A DNA stretch of 64,000 bases, from assembly GCA_964016885.1 (NCBI GenBank), contig OZ024765.1, forward strand, positions 22,754,001-22,818,000. Reading direction: 5' to 3'. The stretch's first letter is position 1, and every line of letters starts with the position of its first letter. The position numbers and the translations under genes are program-made. The stretch is from Eledone cirrhosa. Lineage: Eukaryota. The notes beneath the pieces are model-generated. The model had not been told where the DNA came from. It did no database searches and saw only the letters and a program-made list of their open reading frames with translations. Of this stretch, positions 1-14,929 are shown in pieces.

Positions 1-3000
1 TTAGAACGTCAGATAGAATGACAGTCGTTAGAACGTCAGATAGAATGACAGTTGTTAGAACGTCAGATAGAATGACAGTCGTTAGAACGTCAGATAGAAT
101 GACAGTTGTTAGAACGTCAGATAGAATGACAGTCGTTAGAACGTCAGATAGAGTGACAGTCGTTAGAACGTCAGATAGAATGACAGTCGTTAGAACGTCA
201 GATAGAATGACAGTCGTTAGAACGTCAGATAGAATGACAGTTGTTAGAACGTCAGATAGAATGACAGTCGTTAGAACGTCAGATAGAGTGACAGTCGTTA
301 GAACGTCAGATAGAATGACAGTCGTTAGAACGTCAGATAGAATGACAGTCGTTAGAACGTCAGATAGAATGACAGTCGTTAGAACGTCAGATAGAATGAC
401 AGTCGTTAGAACGTCAGATAGAATGACAGTCGTTAGAACGTCAGATAGAATGACAGTTGTTAGAACGTCAGATAGAATGACAGTCGTTAGAATGTCAGAT
501 AGAATGACAGTTGTTAGAACGTCAGATAGAATGACAGTCGTTAGAATGTCAGATAGAATGACAGTTGTTAGAACGTCAGATAGAATGACAGTTGTTAGAA
601 CGTCAGATAGAATGACAGTCGTTAGAACGTCAGATAGAATGACAGTTGTTAGAACGTCAGATAGAATGACAGTTATTAGAACGTCAGATAGAATGACAGT
701 TGTTAGAACGTCAGATAGAATGACAGTCGTTAGAACGTCAGATAGAATGACAGTCGTTAGAACGTCAGATAGAATGACAGTCGTTAGAACGTCAGATAGA
801 ATGACAGTCGTTAGAACGTCAGATAGAATGACAGTCGTTAGAACGTCAGATAGAATGACAGTCATTAGAACGTCAGATAGAATGACAGTCGTTAGAACGT
901 CAGATAGAATGACAGTCATTAGAACGTCAGATAGAATGACAGTTGTTAGAACGTCAGATAGAATGACAGTCGTTAGAACGTCAGATAGAATGACAGTTGT
1001 TAGAACGTCAGATAGAATGACAGTCATTAGAACGTCAGATAGAATGACAGTCGTTAGAACGTCAGATAGAATGACAGTCGTTAGAACGTCAGATAGAATG
1101 ACAGTCGTTAGAACGTCAGATAGAATGACAGTCGTTAGAACGTCAGATAGAATGACAGTCGTTAGAACGTCAGATAGAATGACAGTTGTTAGAACGTCAG
1201 ATAGAATGACAGTTATTAGAACGTCAGATAGAATGACAGTTGTTAGAACGTCAGATAGAATGACAGTCGTTAGAACGTCAGATAGAATGACAGTCGTTAG
1301 AACGTCAGATAGAATGACAGTCGTTAGAACGTCAGATAGAATGACAGTCGTTAGAACGTCAGATAGAATGACAGTCGTTAGAACGTCAGATAGAATGACA
1401 GTCATTAGAACGTCAGATAGAATGACAGTCGTTAGAACGTCAGATAGAATGACAGTCATTAGAACGTCAGATAGAATGACAGTTGTTAGAACGTCAGATA
1501 GAATGACAGTCGTTAGAACGTCAGATAGAATGACAGTTGTTAGAACGTCAGATAGAATGACAGTCATTAGAACGTCAGATAGAATGACAGTCATTAGAAC
1601 GTCAGATAGAATGACAGTCGTTAGAACGTCAGATAGAATGACAGTCATTAGAACGTCAGATAGAATGACAGTTGTTAGAACGTCAGATAGAATGACAGTC
1701 GTTAGAACGTCAGATAGAATGACAGTTGTTAGAACGTCAGATAGAATGACAGTCATTAGAACGTCAGATAGAATGACAGTCGTTAGAACGTCAGATAGAA
1801 TGACAGTCGTTAGAACGTCAGATAGAATGGCAGTCATTAGAACGTCAGATAGAATGACAGTCGTTAGAACGTCAGATAGAATGACAGTCATTAGAACGTC
1901 AGATAGAATGGCAGTCGTTAGAACGTCAGATAGAATGACAGTCGTTAGAACGTCAGATAGAATGACAGTCATTAGAACGTCAGATAGAATGGCAGTCGTT
2001 AGAACGTCAGATAGAATGACAGTCGTTAGAACGTCAGATAGAATGACAGTTGTTAGAACGTCAGATAGAATGACAGTTATTAGAACGTCAGATAGAATGG
2101 CAGTTGTTAGAACGTCAGATAGAATGACAGTTGTTAGAACGTCAGATAGAATGACAGTTATTAGAACGTCAGATAGAATGACAGTCGTTAGAACGTCAGA
2201 TAGAATGGCAGTCGTTAGAACGTCAGATAGAATGACAGTTGTTAGAACGTCAGATAGAATGACAGTTATTAGAACGTCAGATAGAATGACAGTCGTTAGA
2301 ACGTCAGATAGAATGGCAGTCGTTAGAACGTCAGATAGAATGACAGTCGTTAGAACGTCAGATAGAATGGCAGTCGTTAGAACGTCAGATAGAATGACAG
2401 TTGTTAGAACGTCAGATAGAATGGCAGTCATTAGAACGTCAGATAGAATGACAGTCGTTAGAACGTCAGATAGAATGACAGTTGTTAGAACGTCAGATAG
2501 AATGGCAGTCGTTAGAACGTCAGATAGAATGACAGTTGTTAGAACGTCAGATAGAATGGCAGTCGTTAGAACGTCAGATAGAATGACAGTCGTTAGAACG
2601 TCAGATAGAATGGCAGTCGTTAGAACGTCAGATAGAATGGCAGTTGTTAGAACGTCAGATAGAATGACAGTCGTTAGTACGTCAGATAGAATGACAGTTA
2701 TTAGAACGTCAGATAGAATGGCAGTTATTAGAACGTCAGATAGAATAACAGTCGTTAGAACGTCAGATAGAATGGCAGTCGTTAGAACGTCAGATAGAAT
2801 GACAGTCGTTAGAACGTCAGATAGAATGGCAGTCGTTAGAACGTCAGATAGAATGGCAGTCGTTAGAACGTCAGATAGAATGACAGTCGTTAGAACGTCA
2901 GATAGAATGGCAGTCGTTAGAACGTCAGATAGAATGACAGTTGTTAGAACGTCAGATAGAATGACAGTTGTTAGAACGTCAGATAGAATGGCAGTTGTTA

Positions 3001-6000
3001 GAACGTCAGATAGAATGACAGTTGTTAGAACGTCAGATAGAATGACAGTCGTTAGAACGTCAGATAGAATGGCAGTCGTTAGAACGTCAGATAGAATGGC
3101 AGTCGTTAGAACGTCAGATAGAATGACAGTCGTTAGAACGTCAGATAGAATGGCAGTCGTTAGAACGTCAGATAGAATGACAGTTGTTAGAACGTCAGAT
3201 AGAATGACAGTTATTAGAACGTCAGATAGAATGACAGTCGTTAGAACGTCAGATAGAATGACAGTCGTTAGAACGTCAGATAGAATGGCAGTCGTTAGAA
3301 CGTCAGATAGAATGACAGTTGTTAGAACGTCAGATAGAATGACAGTTATTAGAACGTCAGATAGAATGGCAGTTATTAGAACGTCAGATAGAATGGCAGT
3401 TGTTAGAACGTCAGATAGAATGGCAGTTGTTAGAACGTCAGATAGAATGACAGTCGTTAGAACGTCAGATAGAATGACAGTCGTTAGAACGTCAGATAGA
3501 ATGACAGTCGTTAGAACGTCAGATAGAATGACAGTCGTTAGAACGTCAGATAGAATGACAGTTGTTAGAACGTCAGATAGAATGACAGTTGTTAGAACGT
3601 CAGATAGAGTGACAGTCGTTAGAACATCAGATAGAATGACAGTTGTTAGAACGTCAGATAGAATGACAGTTGTTAGAACGTCAGATAGAATGGCAGTCGT
3701 TAGAACGTCAGATAGAGTGACAGTCGTTAGAACATCAGATAGAATGACAGTCGTTAGAACGTCAGATAGAATGACAGTTGTTAGAACGTCAGATAGAGTG
3801 ACAGTCGTTAGAACATCAGATAGAATGACAGTTGTTAGAACGTCAGATAGAATGACAGTTATTAGAACGTCAGATAGAATGACAGTTGTTAGAACGTCAG
3901 ATAGAGTGACAGTTGTTAGAACGTCAGATAGAATGACAGTTGTTAGAACATCAGATAGAGTGACAGTCGTTAGAACGTCAGATAGAATGGCAGTCGTTAG
4001 AACGTCAGATAGAATGACAGTCGTTAGAACATCAGATAGAATGACAGTCGTTAGAACGTCAGATAGAGTGACAGTCGTTAGAACGTCAGATAGAATGACA
4101 GTCGTTAGAACGTCAGATAGAATGACAGTTGTTAGAACGTCAGATAGAGTGACAGTCGTTAGAACGTCAGATAGAATGACAGTCGTTAGAACGTCAGATA
4201 GAATGACAGTTGTTAGAACGTCAGATAGAATGACAGTCGTTAGAACGTCAGATAGAGTGACAGTCGTTAGAATGTCAGATAGAATGACAGTCGTTAGAAC
4301 GTCAGATAGAATGACAGTTGTTAGAACGTCAGATAGAGTGACAGTCGTTAGAACGTCAGATAGAATGGCAGTTATTAGAACATCAGATAGAATGACAGTC
4401 GTTAGAACGTCAGATAGAGTGACAGTCGTTAGAACGTCAGATAGAATGACAGTCGTTAGAACGTCAGATAGAATGACAGTTGTTAGAACGTCAGATAGAA
4501 TGACAGTCGTTAGAACGTCAGATAGAATGACAGTTGTTAGAACGTCAGATACAATGACAGTTGTTAGAACGTCAGATAGAATGACAGTCGTTAGAACGTC
4601 AGATAGAATGACAGTTATTAGAACATCAGATAGAATGACAGTCGTTAGAACGTCAGATAGAGTGACAGTCGTTAGAACGTCAGATAGAATGACAGTCGTT
4701 AGAACGTCAGATAGAATGACAGTCGTTAGAATGTCAGATAGAATGACAGTCGTTAGAACGTCAGATAGAATGACAGTCGTTAGAACGTCAGATAGAATGA
4801 CAGTTGTTAGAACGTCAGATAGAATGACAGTCGTTAGAACGTCAGATAGAATGACAGTTGTTAGAACGTCAGATAGAATGACTGTCGTTAGAACGTCAGA
4901 TAGAGTGACAGTCGTTAGAACGTCAGATAGAATGACAGTCGTTAGAACGTCAGATAGAATGACAGTCGTTAGAACGTCAGATAGAATGACAGTTGTTAGA
5001 ACGTCAGATAGAATGACAGTCGTTAGAACGTCAGATAGAGTGACAGTCGTTAGAACGTCAGATAGAATGACAGTCGTTAGAACGTCAGATAGAATGACAG
5101 TCGTTAGAACGTCAGATAGAATGACAGTCGTTAGAACGTCAGATAGAATGACAGTCGTTAGAACGTCAGATAGAATGACAGTCGTTAGAACGTCAGATAG
5201 AATGACAGTTGTTAGAACGTCAGATAGAATGACAGTCGTTAGAATGTCAGATAGAATGACAGTTGTTAGAACGTCAGATAGAATGACAGTCGTTAGAATG
5301 TCAGATAGAATGACAGTTGTTAGAACGTCAGATAGAATGACAGTTGTTAGAACGTCAGATAGAATGACAGTCGTTAGAACGTCAGATAGAATGACAGTTG
5401 TTAGAACGTCAGATAGAATGACAGTTATTAGAACGTCAGATAGAATGACAGTTGTTAGAACGTCAGATAGAATGACAGTCGTTAGAACGTCAGATAGAAT
5501 GACAGTCGTTAGAACGTCAGATAGAATGACAGTCGTTAGAACGTCAGATAGAATGACAGTCGTTAGAACGTCAGATAGAATGACAGTCGTTAGAACGTCA
5601 GATAGAATGACAGTCATTAGAACGTCAGATAGAATGACAGTCGTTAGAACGTCAGATAGAATGACAGTCATTAGAACGTCAGATAGAATGACAGTTGTTA
5701 GAACGTCAGATAGAATGACAGTCGTTAGAACGTCAGATAGAATGACAGTTGTTAGAACGTCAGATAGAATGACAGTCATTAGAACGTCAGATAGAATGAC
5801 AGTCGTTAGAACGTCAGATAGAATGACAGTCGTTAGAACGTCAGATAGAATGACAGTCGTTAGAACGTCAGATAGAATGACAGTCGTTAGAACGTCAGAT
5901 AGAATGACAGTCGTTAGAACGTCAGATAGAATGACAGTTGTTAGAACGTCAGATAGAATGACAGTTATTAGAACGTCAGATAGAATGACAGTTGTTAGAA

Positions 6001-9000
6001 CGTCAGATAGAATGACAGTCGTTAGAACGTCAGATAGAATGACAGTCGTTAGAACGTCAGATAGAATGACAGTCGTTAGAACGTCAGATAGAATGACAGT
6101 CGTTAGAACGTCAGATAGAATGACAGTCGTTAGAACGTCAGATAGAATGACAGTCATTAGAACGTCAGATAGAATGACAGTCGTTAGAACGTCAGATAGA
6201 ATGACAGTCATTAGAACGTCAGATAGAATGACAGTTGTTAGAACGTCAGATAGAATGACAGTCGTTAGAACGTCAGATAGAATGACAGTTGTTAGAACGT
6301 CAGATAGAATGACAGTCATTAGAACGTCAGATAGAATGACAGTCATTAGAACGTCAGATAGAATGACAGTCGTTAGAACGTCAGATAGAATGACAGTCAT
6401 TAGAACGTCAGATAGAATGACAGTTGTTAGAACGTCAGATAGAATGACAGTCGTTAGAACGTCAGATAGAATGACAGTTGTTAGAACGTCAGATAGAATG
6501 ACAGTCATTAGAACGTCAGATAGAATGACAGTCGTTAGAACGTCAGATAGAATGACAGTCGTTAGAACGTCAGATAGAATGGCAGTCATTAGAACGTCAG
6601 ATAGAATGACAGTCGTTAGAACGTCAGATAGAATGACAGTCATTAGAACGTCAGATAGAATGGCAGTCGTTAGAACGTCAGATAGAATGACAGTCGTTAG
6701 AACGTCAGATAGAATGACAGTCATTAGAACGTCAGATAGAATGGCAGTCGTTAGAACGTCAGATAGAATGACAGTCGTTAGAACGTCAGATAGAATGACA
6801 GTTGTTAGAACGTCAGATAGAATGACAGTTATTAGAACGTCAGATAGAATGGCAGTTGTTAGAACGTCAGATAGAATGACAGTTGTTAGAACGTCAGATA
6901 GAATGACAGTTATTAGAACGTCAGATAGAATGACAGTCGTTAGAACGTCAGATAGAATGGCAGTCGTTAGAACGTCAGATAGAATGACAGTTGTTAGAAC
7001 GTCAGATAGAATGACAGTTATTAGAACGTCAGATAGAATGACAGTCGTTAGAACGTCAGATAGAATGGCAGTCGTTAGAACGTCAGATAGAATGACAGTC
7101 GTTAGAACGTCAGATAGAATGGCAGTCGTTAGAACGTCAGATAGAATGACAGTTGTTAGAACGTCAGATAGAATGGCAGTCATTAGAACGTCAGATAGAA
7201 TGACAGTCGTTAGAACGTCAGATAGAATGACAGTTGTTAGAACGTCAGATAGAATGGCAGTCGTTAGAACGTCAGATAGAATGACAGTTGTTAGAACGTC
7301 AGATAGAATGGCAGTCGTTAGAACGTCAGATAGAATGACAGTCGTTAGAACGTCAGATAGAATGGCAGTCGTTAGAACGTCAGATAGAATGGCAGTTGTT
7401 AGAACGTCAGATAGAATGACAGTCGTTAGTACGTCAGATAGAATGACAGTTATTAGAACGTCAGATAGAATGGCAGTTATTAGAACGTCAGATAGAATAA
7501 CAGTCGTTAGAACGTCAGATAGAATGGCAGTCGTTAGAACGTCAGATAGAATGACAGTCGTTAGAACGTCAGATAGAATGGCAGTCGTTAGAACGTCAGA
7601 TAGAATGGCAGTCGTTAGAACGTCAGATAGAATGACAGTCGTTAGAACGTCAGATAGAATGGCAGTCGTTAGAACGTCAGATAGAATGACAGTTGTTAGA
7701 ACGTCAGATAGAATGACAGTTGTTAGAACGTCAGATAGAATGGCAGTTGTTAGAACGTCAGATAGAATGACAGTTGTTAGAACGTCAGATAGAATGACAG
7801 TCGTTAGAACGTCAGATAGAATGGCAGTCGTTAGAACGTCAGATAGAATGGCAGTCGTTAGAACGTCAGATAGAATGACAGTCGTTAGAACGTCAGATAG
7901 AATGGCAGTCGTTAGAACGTCAGATAGAATGACAGTTGTTAGAACGTCAGATAGAATGACAGTTGTTAGAACGTCAGATAGAATGGCAGTTGTTAGAACG
8001 TCAGATAGAATGGCAGTTGTTAGAACGTCAGATAGAATGGCAGTCGTTAGAACGTCAGATAGAGTGACAGTCGTTAGAACGTCAGATAGAATGGCAGTCG
8101 TTAGAACGTCAGATAGAATGGCAGTTATTAGAACGTCAGATAGAATGGCAGTCGTTAGAACATCAGATAGAATGGCAGTCGTTAGAACATCAGATAGAAT
8201 GACAGTCGTTAGAACATCAGATAGAATGACAGTCGTTAGAACGTCGGATAGAATGGCAGTCGTTAGAACGTCAGATAGAATATCAGTCGTTAGAACGTCA
8301 GATAGAATGGCAGTCGTTAGAACGTCAGATAGAATAACAGTCGTTAGAACGTCAGATAGAATGGCAGTCGTTAGAACGTCAGATAGAATGGCAGTCGTTA
8401 GAACGTCAGATAGAATGGCAGTCGTTAGAACGTCAGATAGAATGGCAGTCGTTAGAATGTCAGATAGAATGGCAGTCGTTAGAACGTCAGATAGAATGGC
8501 AGTCGTTAGAACGTCAGATAGAATGGCAGTTGTTAGAACGTCAGATAGAATGACAGTCGTTAGAACGTCAGATAGAATGGCAGTCGTTAGAACGTCAGAT
8601 AGAATGGCAGTTGTTAGAACGTCAGATAGAATGACAGTCGTTAGAACGTCAGATAGAATGGCAGTCGTTAGAACGTCAGATAGAATGGCAGTTGTTAGAA
8701 CGTCAGATAGAATGGCAGTCGTTAGAACGTCAGATAGAATGGCAGTCGTTAGAACGTCAGATAGAATGGCAGTTGTTAGAACGTCAGATAGAATGACAGT
8801 CGTTAGAACGTCAGATAGAATGACAGTTATTAGAACGTCAGATAGAATGGCAGTTATTAGAACGTCAGATAGAATGGCAGTTATTAGAACGTCAGATAGA
8901 ATGACAGTTGTTAGAACGTCAGATAGAATGACAGTCGTTAGAACGTCAGATAGAATGACAGTTGTTAGAATGTCAGATAGAATGGCAGTTATTAGAACGT

Positions 9001-12000
9001 CAGATAGAATGGCAGTCGTAGGAACGTCAGATAGAATGGCAGTCGTTAGAACGTCAGATAGAATGGCAGTCGTAGGAACGTCAGATAGAATGACAGTCGT
9101 TAGAACATCAGATAGAATGGCAGTCGTTAGAACGTCAGATAGAATGGCAGTTATGAGAACGTCAGATAGAATAACAGTCGTTAGAACGTCAGATAGAATG
9201 GCAGTCATTAGAACGTCAGATAGAATAACAGTCGTTAGAACGTCAGATAGAATGGCAGTCGTTAGAACGACAGATAGAATGGCAGTTGTTAGAACGTCAG
9301 ATAGAATAACAGTCGTTAGAACGTCAGATAGAATGGCAGTCGTTAGAACGTCAGATAGAATGACAGTCGTTAGAACGTCAGATAGAATGACAGTCGTTAG
9401 AACGTCAGATAGAATGGCAGTCGTTAGAACGTCAGATAGAGTGACAGTCGTTAGAACGTCAGATAGAATGGCAGTTATTAGAACGTCAGATAGAATGACA
9501 GTCGTTAGAACGTCAGATAGAATGACAGTCGTTAGAACGTCAGATAGAATGGCAGTCGTTAGAACGTCAGATAGAATGACAGTCGTTAGAACGTCAGATA
9601 GAATGACAGTCGTTAGAACGTCAGATAGAATGACAGTCGTTAGAACGTCAGATAGAATGACAGTCGTTAGAACATCAGATAGAATGACAGTCGTTAGAAC
9701 GTCAGATAGAATGACAGTCGTTAGAACATCAGATAGAATGACAGTCGTTAGAACGTCAGATAGAATGACAGTCGTTAGAACGTCAGATAGAATGACAGTC
9801 GTTAGAACATCAGATAGAATGACAGTCGTTAGAACGTCAGATAGAATGACAGTCGTTAGAACGTCAGATAGAATGACAGTCGTTAGAACGTCAGATAGAA
9901 TGACAGTCGTTAGAACATCAGATAGAATGACAGTCGTTAGAACGTCAGATAGAATGACAGTCGTTAGAACGTCAGATAGAATGACAGTCGTTAGAACGTC
10001 AGATAGAATGACAGTCGTTAGAACATCAGATAGAATGACAGTCGTTAGAACGTCAGATAGAATGACAGTCGTTAGAACATCAGATAGAATGACAGTCGTT
10101 AGAACGTCAGATAGAATGACAGTCGTTAGAACGTCAGATAGAATGACAGTCGTTAGAACATCAGATAGAATGACAGTCGTTAGAACGTCAGATAGAATGA
10201 CAGTCGTTAGAACGTCAGATAGAATGGCAGTCGTTAGAACGTCAGATAGAATGACAGTTATTAGAACGTCAGATAGAATGACAGTCGTTAGAACGTCAGA
10301 TAGAATGGCAGTCGTTAGAACGTCAGATAGAGTGACAGTCGTTAGAACGTCAGATAGAATGGCAGTTATTAGAACGTCAGATAGAATGACAGTCGTTAGA
10401 ACGTCAGATAGAATGACAGTCGTTAGAACGTCAGATAGAATGGCAGTCGTTAGAACGTCAGATAGAATGACAGTCGTTAGAACGTCAGATAGAATGACAG
10501 TCGTTAGAACGTCAGATAGAATGGCAGTCGTTAGAACGTCAGATAGAATGGCAGTCGTTAGAACGTCAGATAGAATGACAGTCGTTAGAACGTCAGATAG
10601 AATGGCAGTCGTTAGAACGTCAGATAGAATGACAGTTGTTAGAACGTCAGATAGAATGACAGTTGTTAGAACGTCAGATAGAATGGCAGTTGTTAGAACG
10701 TCAGATAGAATGACAGTTGTTAGAACGTCAGATAGAATGACAGTCGTTAGAACGTCAGATAGAATGGCAGTCGTTAGAACGTCAGATAGAATGGCAGTCG
10801 TTAGAACGTCAGATAGAATGACAGTCGTTAGAACGTCAGATAGAATGGCAGTCGTTAGAACGTCAGATAGAATGACAGTTGTTAGAACGTCAGATAGAAT
10901 GACAGTTGTTAGAACGTCAGATAGAATGGCAGTTGTTAGAACGTCAGATAGAATGGCAGTTGTTAGAACGTCAGATAGAATGGCAGTCGTTAGAACGTCA
11001 GATAGAGTGACAGTCGTTAGAACGTCAGATAGAATGGCAGTCGTTAGAACGTCAGATAGAATGGCAGTTATTAGAACGTCAGATAGAATGGCAGTCGTTA
11101 GAACATCAGATAGAATGGCAGTCGTTAGAACATCAGATAGAATGACAGTCGTTAGAACATCAGATAGAATGACAGTCGTTAGAACGTCGGATAGAATGGC
11201 AGTCGTTAGAACGTCAGATAGAATATCAGTCGTTAGAACGTCAGATAGAATGGCAGTCGTTAGAACGTCAGATAGAATAACAGTCGTTAGAACGTCAGAT
11301 AGAATGGCAGTCGTTAGAACGTCAGATAGAATGGCAGTCGTTAGAACGTCAGATAGAATGGCAGTCGTTAGAACGTCAGATAGAATGGCAGTCGTTAGAA
11401 TGTCAGATAGAATGGCAGTCGTTAGAACGTCAGATAGAATGGCAGTCGTTAGAACGTCAGATAGAATGGCAGTTGTTAGAACGTCAGATAGAATGACAGT
11501 CGTTAGAACGTCAGATAGAATGGCAGTCGTTAGAACGTCAGATAGAATGGCAGTTGTTAGAACGTCAGATAGAATGACAGTCGTTAGAACGTCAGATAGA
11601 ATGGCAGTCGTTAGAACGTCAGATAGAATGGCAGTTGTTAGAACGTCAGATAGAATGGCAGTCGTTAGAACGTCAGATAGAATGGCAGTCGTTAGAACGT
11701 CAGATAGAATGGCAGTTGTTAGAACGTCAGATAGAATGACAGTCGTTAGAACGTCAGATAGAATGACAGTTATTAGAACGTCAGATAGAATGGCAGTTAT
11801 TAGAACGTCAGATAGAATGGCAGTTATTAGAACGTCAGATAGAATGACAGTTGTTAGAACGTCAGATAGAATGACAGTCGTTAGAACGTCAGATAGAATG
11901 ACAGTTGTTAGAATGTCAGATAGAATGGCAGTTATTAGAACGTCAGATAGAATGGCAGTCGTAGGAACGTCAGATAGAATGGCAGTCGTTAGAACGTCAG

Positions 12001-14437
12001 ATAGAATGGCAGTCGTAGGAACGTCAGATAGAATGACAGTCGTTAGAACATCAGATAGAATGGCAGTCGTTAGAACGTCAGATAGAATGGCAGTTATGAG
12101 AACGTCAGATAGAATAACAGTCGTTAGAACGTCAGATAGAATGGCAGTCATTAGAACGTCAGATAGAATAACAGTCGTTAGAACGTCAGATAGAATGGCA
12201 GTCGTTAGAACGACAGATAGAATGGCAGTTGTTAGAACGTCAGATAGAATAACAGTCGTTAGAACGTCAGATAGAATGGCAGTCGTTAGAACGTCAGATA
12301 GAATGACAGTCGTTAGAACGTCAGATAGAATGACAGTCGTTAGAACGTCAGATAGAATGGCAGTCGTTAGAACGTCAGATAGAGTGACAGTCGTTAGAAC
12401 GTCAGATAGAATGGCAGTTATTAGAACGTCAGATAGAATGACAGTCGTTAGAACGTCAGATAGAATGACAGTCGTTAGAACGTCAGATAGAATGGCAGTC
12501 GTTAGAACGTCAGATAGAATGACAGTCGTTAGAACGTCAGATAGAATGACAGTCGTTAGAACGTCAGATAGAATGACAGTCGTTAGAACGTCAGATAGAA
12601 TGACAGTCGTTAGAACATCAGATAGAATGACAGTCGTTAGAACGTCAGATAGAATGACAGTCGTTAGAACATCAGATAGAATGACAGTCGTTAGAACGTC
12701 AGATAGAATGACAGTCGTTAGAACGTCAGATAGAATGACAGTCGTTAGAACATCAGATAGAATGACAGTCGTTAGAACGTCAGATAGAATGACAGTCGTT
12801 AGAACGTCAGATAGAATGACAGTCGTTAGAACGTCAGATAGAATGACAGTCGTTAGAACATCAGATAGAATGACAGTCGTTAGAACGTCAGATAGAATGA
12901 CAGTCGTTAGAACGTCAGATAGAATGACAGTCGTTAGAACGTCAGATAGAATGACAGTCGTTAGAACATCAGATAGAATGACAGTCGTTAGAACGTCAGA
13001 TAGAATGACAGTCGTTAGAACATCAGATAGAATGACAGTCGTTAGAACGTCAGATAGAATGACAGTCGTTAGAACGTCAGATAGAATGACAGTCGTTAGA
13101 ACATCAGATAGAATGACAGTCGTTAGAACGTCAGATAGAATGACAGTCGTTAGAACGTCAGATAGAATGGCAGTCGTTAGAACGTCAGATAGAATGACAG
13201 TTATTAGAACGTCAGATAGAATGACAGTCGTTAGAACGTCAGATAGAATGGCAGTCGTTAGAACGTCAGATAGAGTGACAGTCGTTAGAACGTCAGATAG
13301 AATGGCAGTTATTAGAACGTCAGATAGAATGACAGTCGTTAGAACGTCAGATAGAATGACAGTCGTTAGAACGTCAGATAGAATGGCAGTCGTTAGAACG
13401 TCAGATAGAATGACAGTCGTTAGAACGTCAGATAGAATGACAGTCGTTAGAACGTCAGATAGAATGACAGTCGTTAGAACGTCAGATAGAATGGCAGTTA
13501 TTAGAACGTCAGATAGAATGACAGTCGTTAGAACGTCAGATAGAATGACAGTCGTTAGAACGTCAGATAGAATGGCAGTTATTAGAACGTCAGATAGAAT
13601 GACAGTTATTAGAACGTCAGATAGAATGACAGTCGTTAGAACGTCAGATAGAATGGCAGTCGTTAGAACGTCAGATAGAATGGCAGTTATTAGAACGTCA
13701 GATAGAATGACAGTTATTAGAACGTCAGATAGAATGACAGTCGTTAGAACGTCAGATAGAATGGCAGTCGTTAGAACGTCAGATAGAATGGCAGTCGTTA
13801 GAACGTCAGATAGAATGGCAGTTATTAGAACGTCAGATAGAATGACAGTTATTAGAACGTCAGATAGAATGACAGTCGTTAGAACGTCAGATAGAATGGC
13901 AGTCGTTAGAACGTCAGATAGAATGGCAGTTATTAGAACGTCAGATAGAATGACAGTCGTTAGAACGTCAGATAGAATGACAGTCGTTAGAACGTCAGAT
14001 AGAATGGCAGTCGTTAGAACGTCAGATAGAATGACAGTCATTAGAACGTCAGATAGAATGGCAGTTATTAGAACGTCAGATAGAATGACAGTCGTTAGAA
14101 CGTCAGATAGAATGACAGTCGTTAGAACGTCAGATAGAATGGCAGTTGTTAGAACGTCAGATAGAATGACAGTTGTTAGAACGTCAGATAGAATGACAGT
14201 CGTTAGAACGTCAGATAGAATGACAGTCGTTAGAACGTCAGATAGAATGACAGTCGTTAGAATGTCAGATAGAATGACAGTTGTTAGAATGTCAGATAGA
14301 ATGGCAGTCGTTAGAACGTCAGATAGAATGACAGTCGTTAGAACGTCAGATAGAATGGCAGTTGTTAGAACGTCAGATAGAATGACAGTTGTTAGAACGT
14401 CAGATAGAATGGCAGTCGTTAGAACGTCAGATAGAAT
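1..14437. repeat. 27-bp minisatellite (ATGACAGTCGTTAGAACGTCAGATAGA), about 535 copies, running off the window start
   Basis: Direct periodicity. The last unit runs into a tRNA-derived SINE body (GAATGCTT...CTGAGTTCAAATCCTGCTGAGGTCAACTTTG). Confidence 0.98.
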
Positions 14438-14529
14438 GCTTTATGGTATTCGTTCCAGCTCTCTGAGTTCAAATCCTGCTGAGGTCAACTTTGACTTTAA
14501 TCCTTTCGAGGTCACTAAAAAAAGTACCA

Positions 14530-14530
<1 letters not shown>
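14410..14530 (+). mobile_element. tRNA-derived SINE (family B), 5' part; its head is the satellite unit
   Basis: B-box GAGTTCAAATCC and GAGGTCAACTTTG...TCCTTTCG match the copies at 22165 and 23615. Confidence 0.8.
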
Positions 14531-14890
<360 letters not shown>

Positions 14891-14929
14891 TACATATATT
14901 GGTCTTATTTTCAATGTAATATTTGCTCT

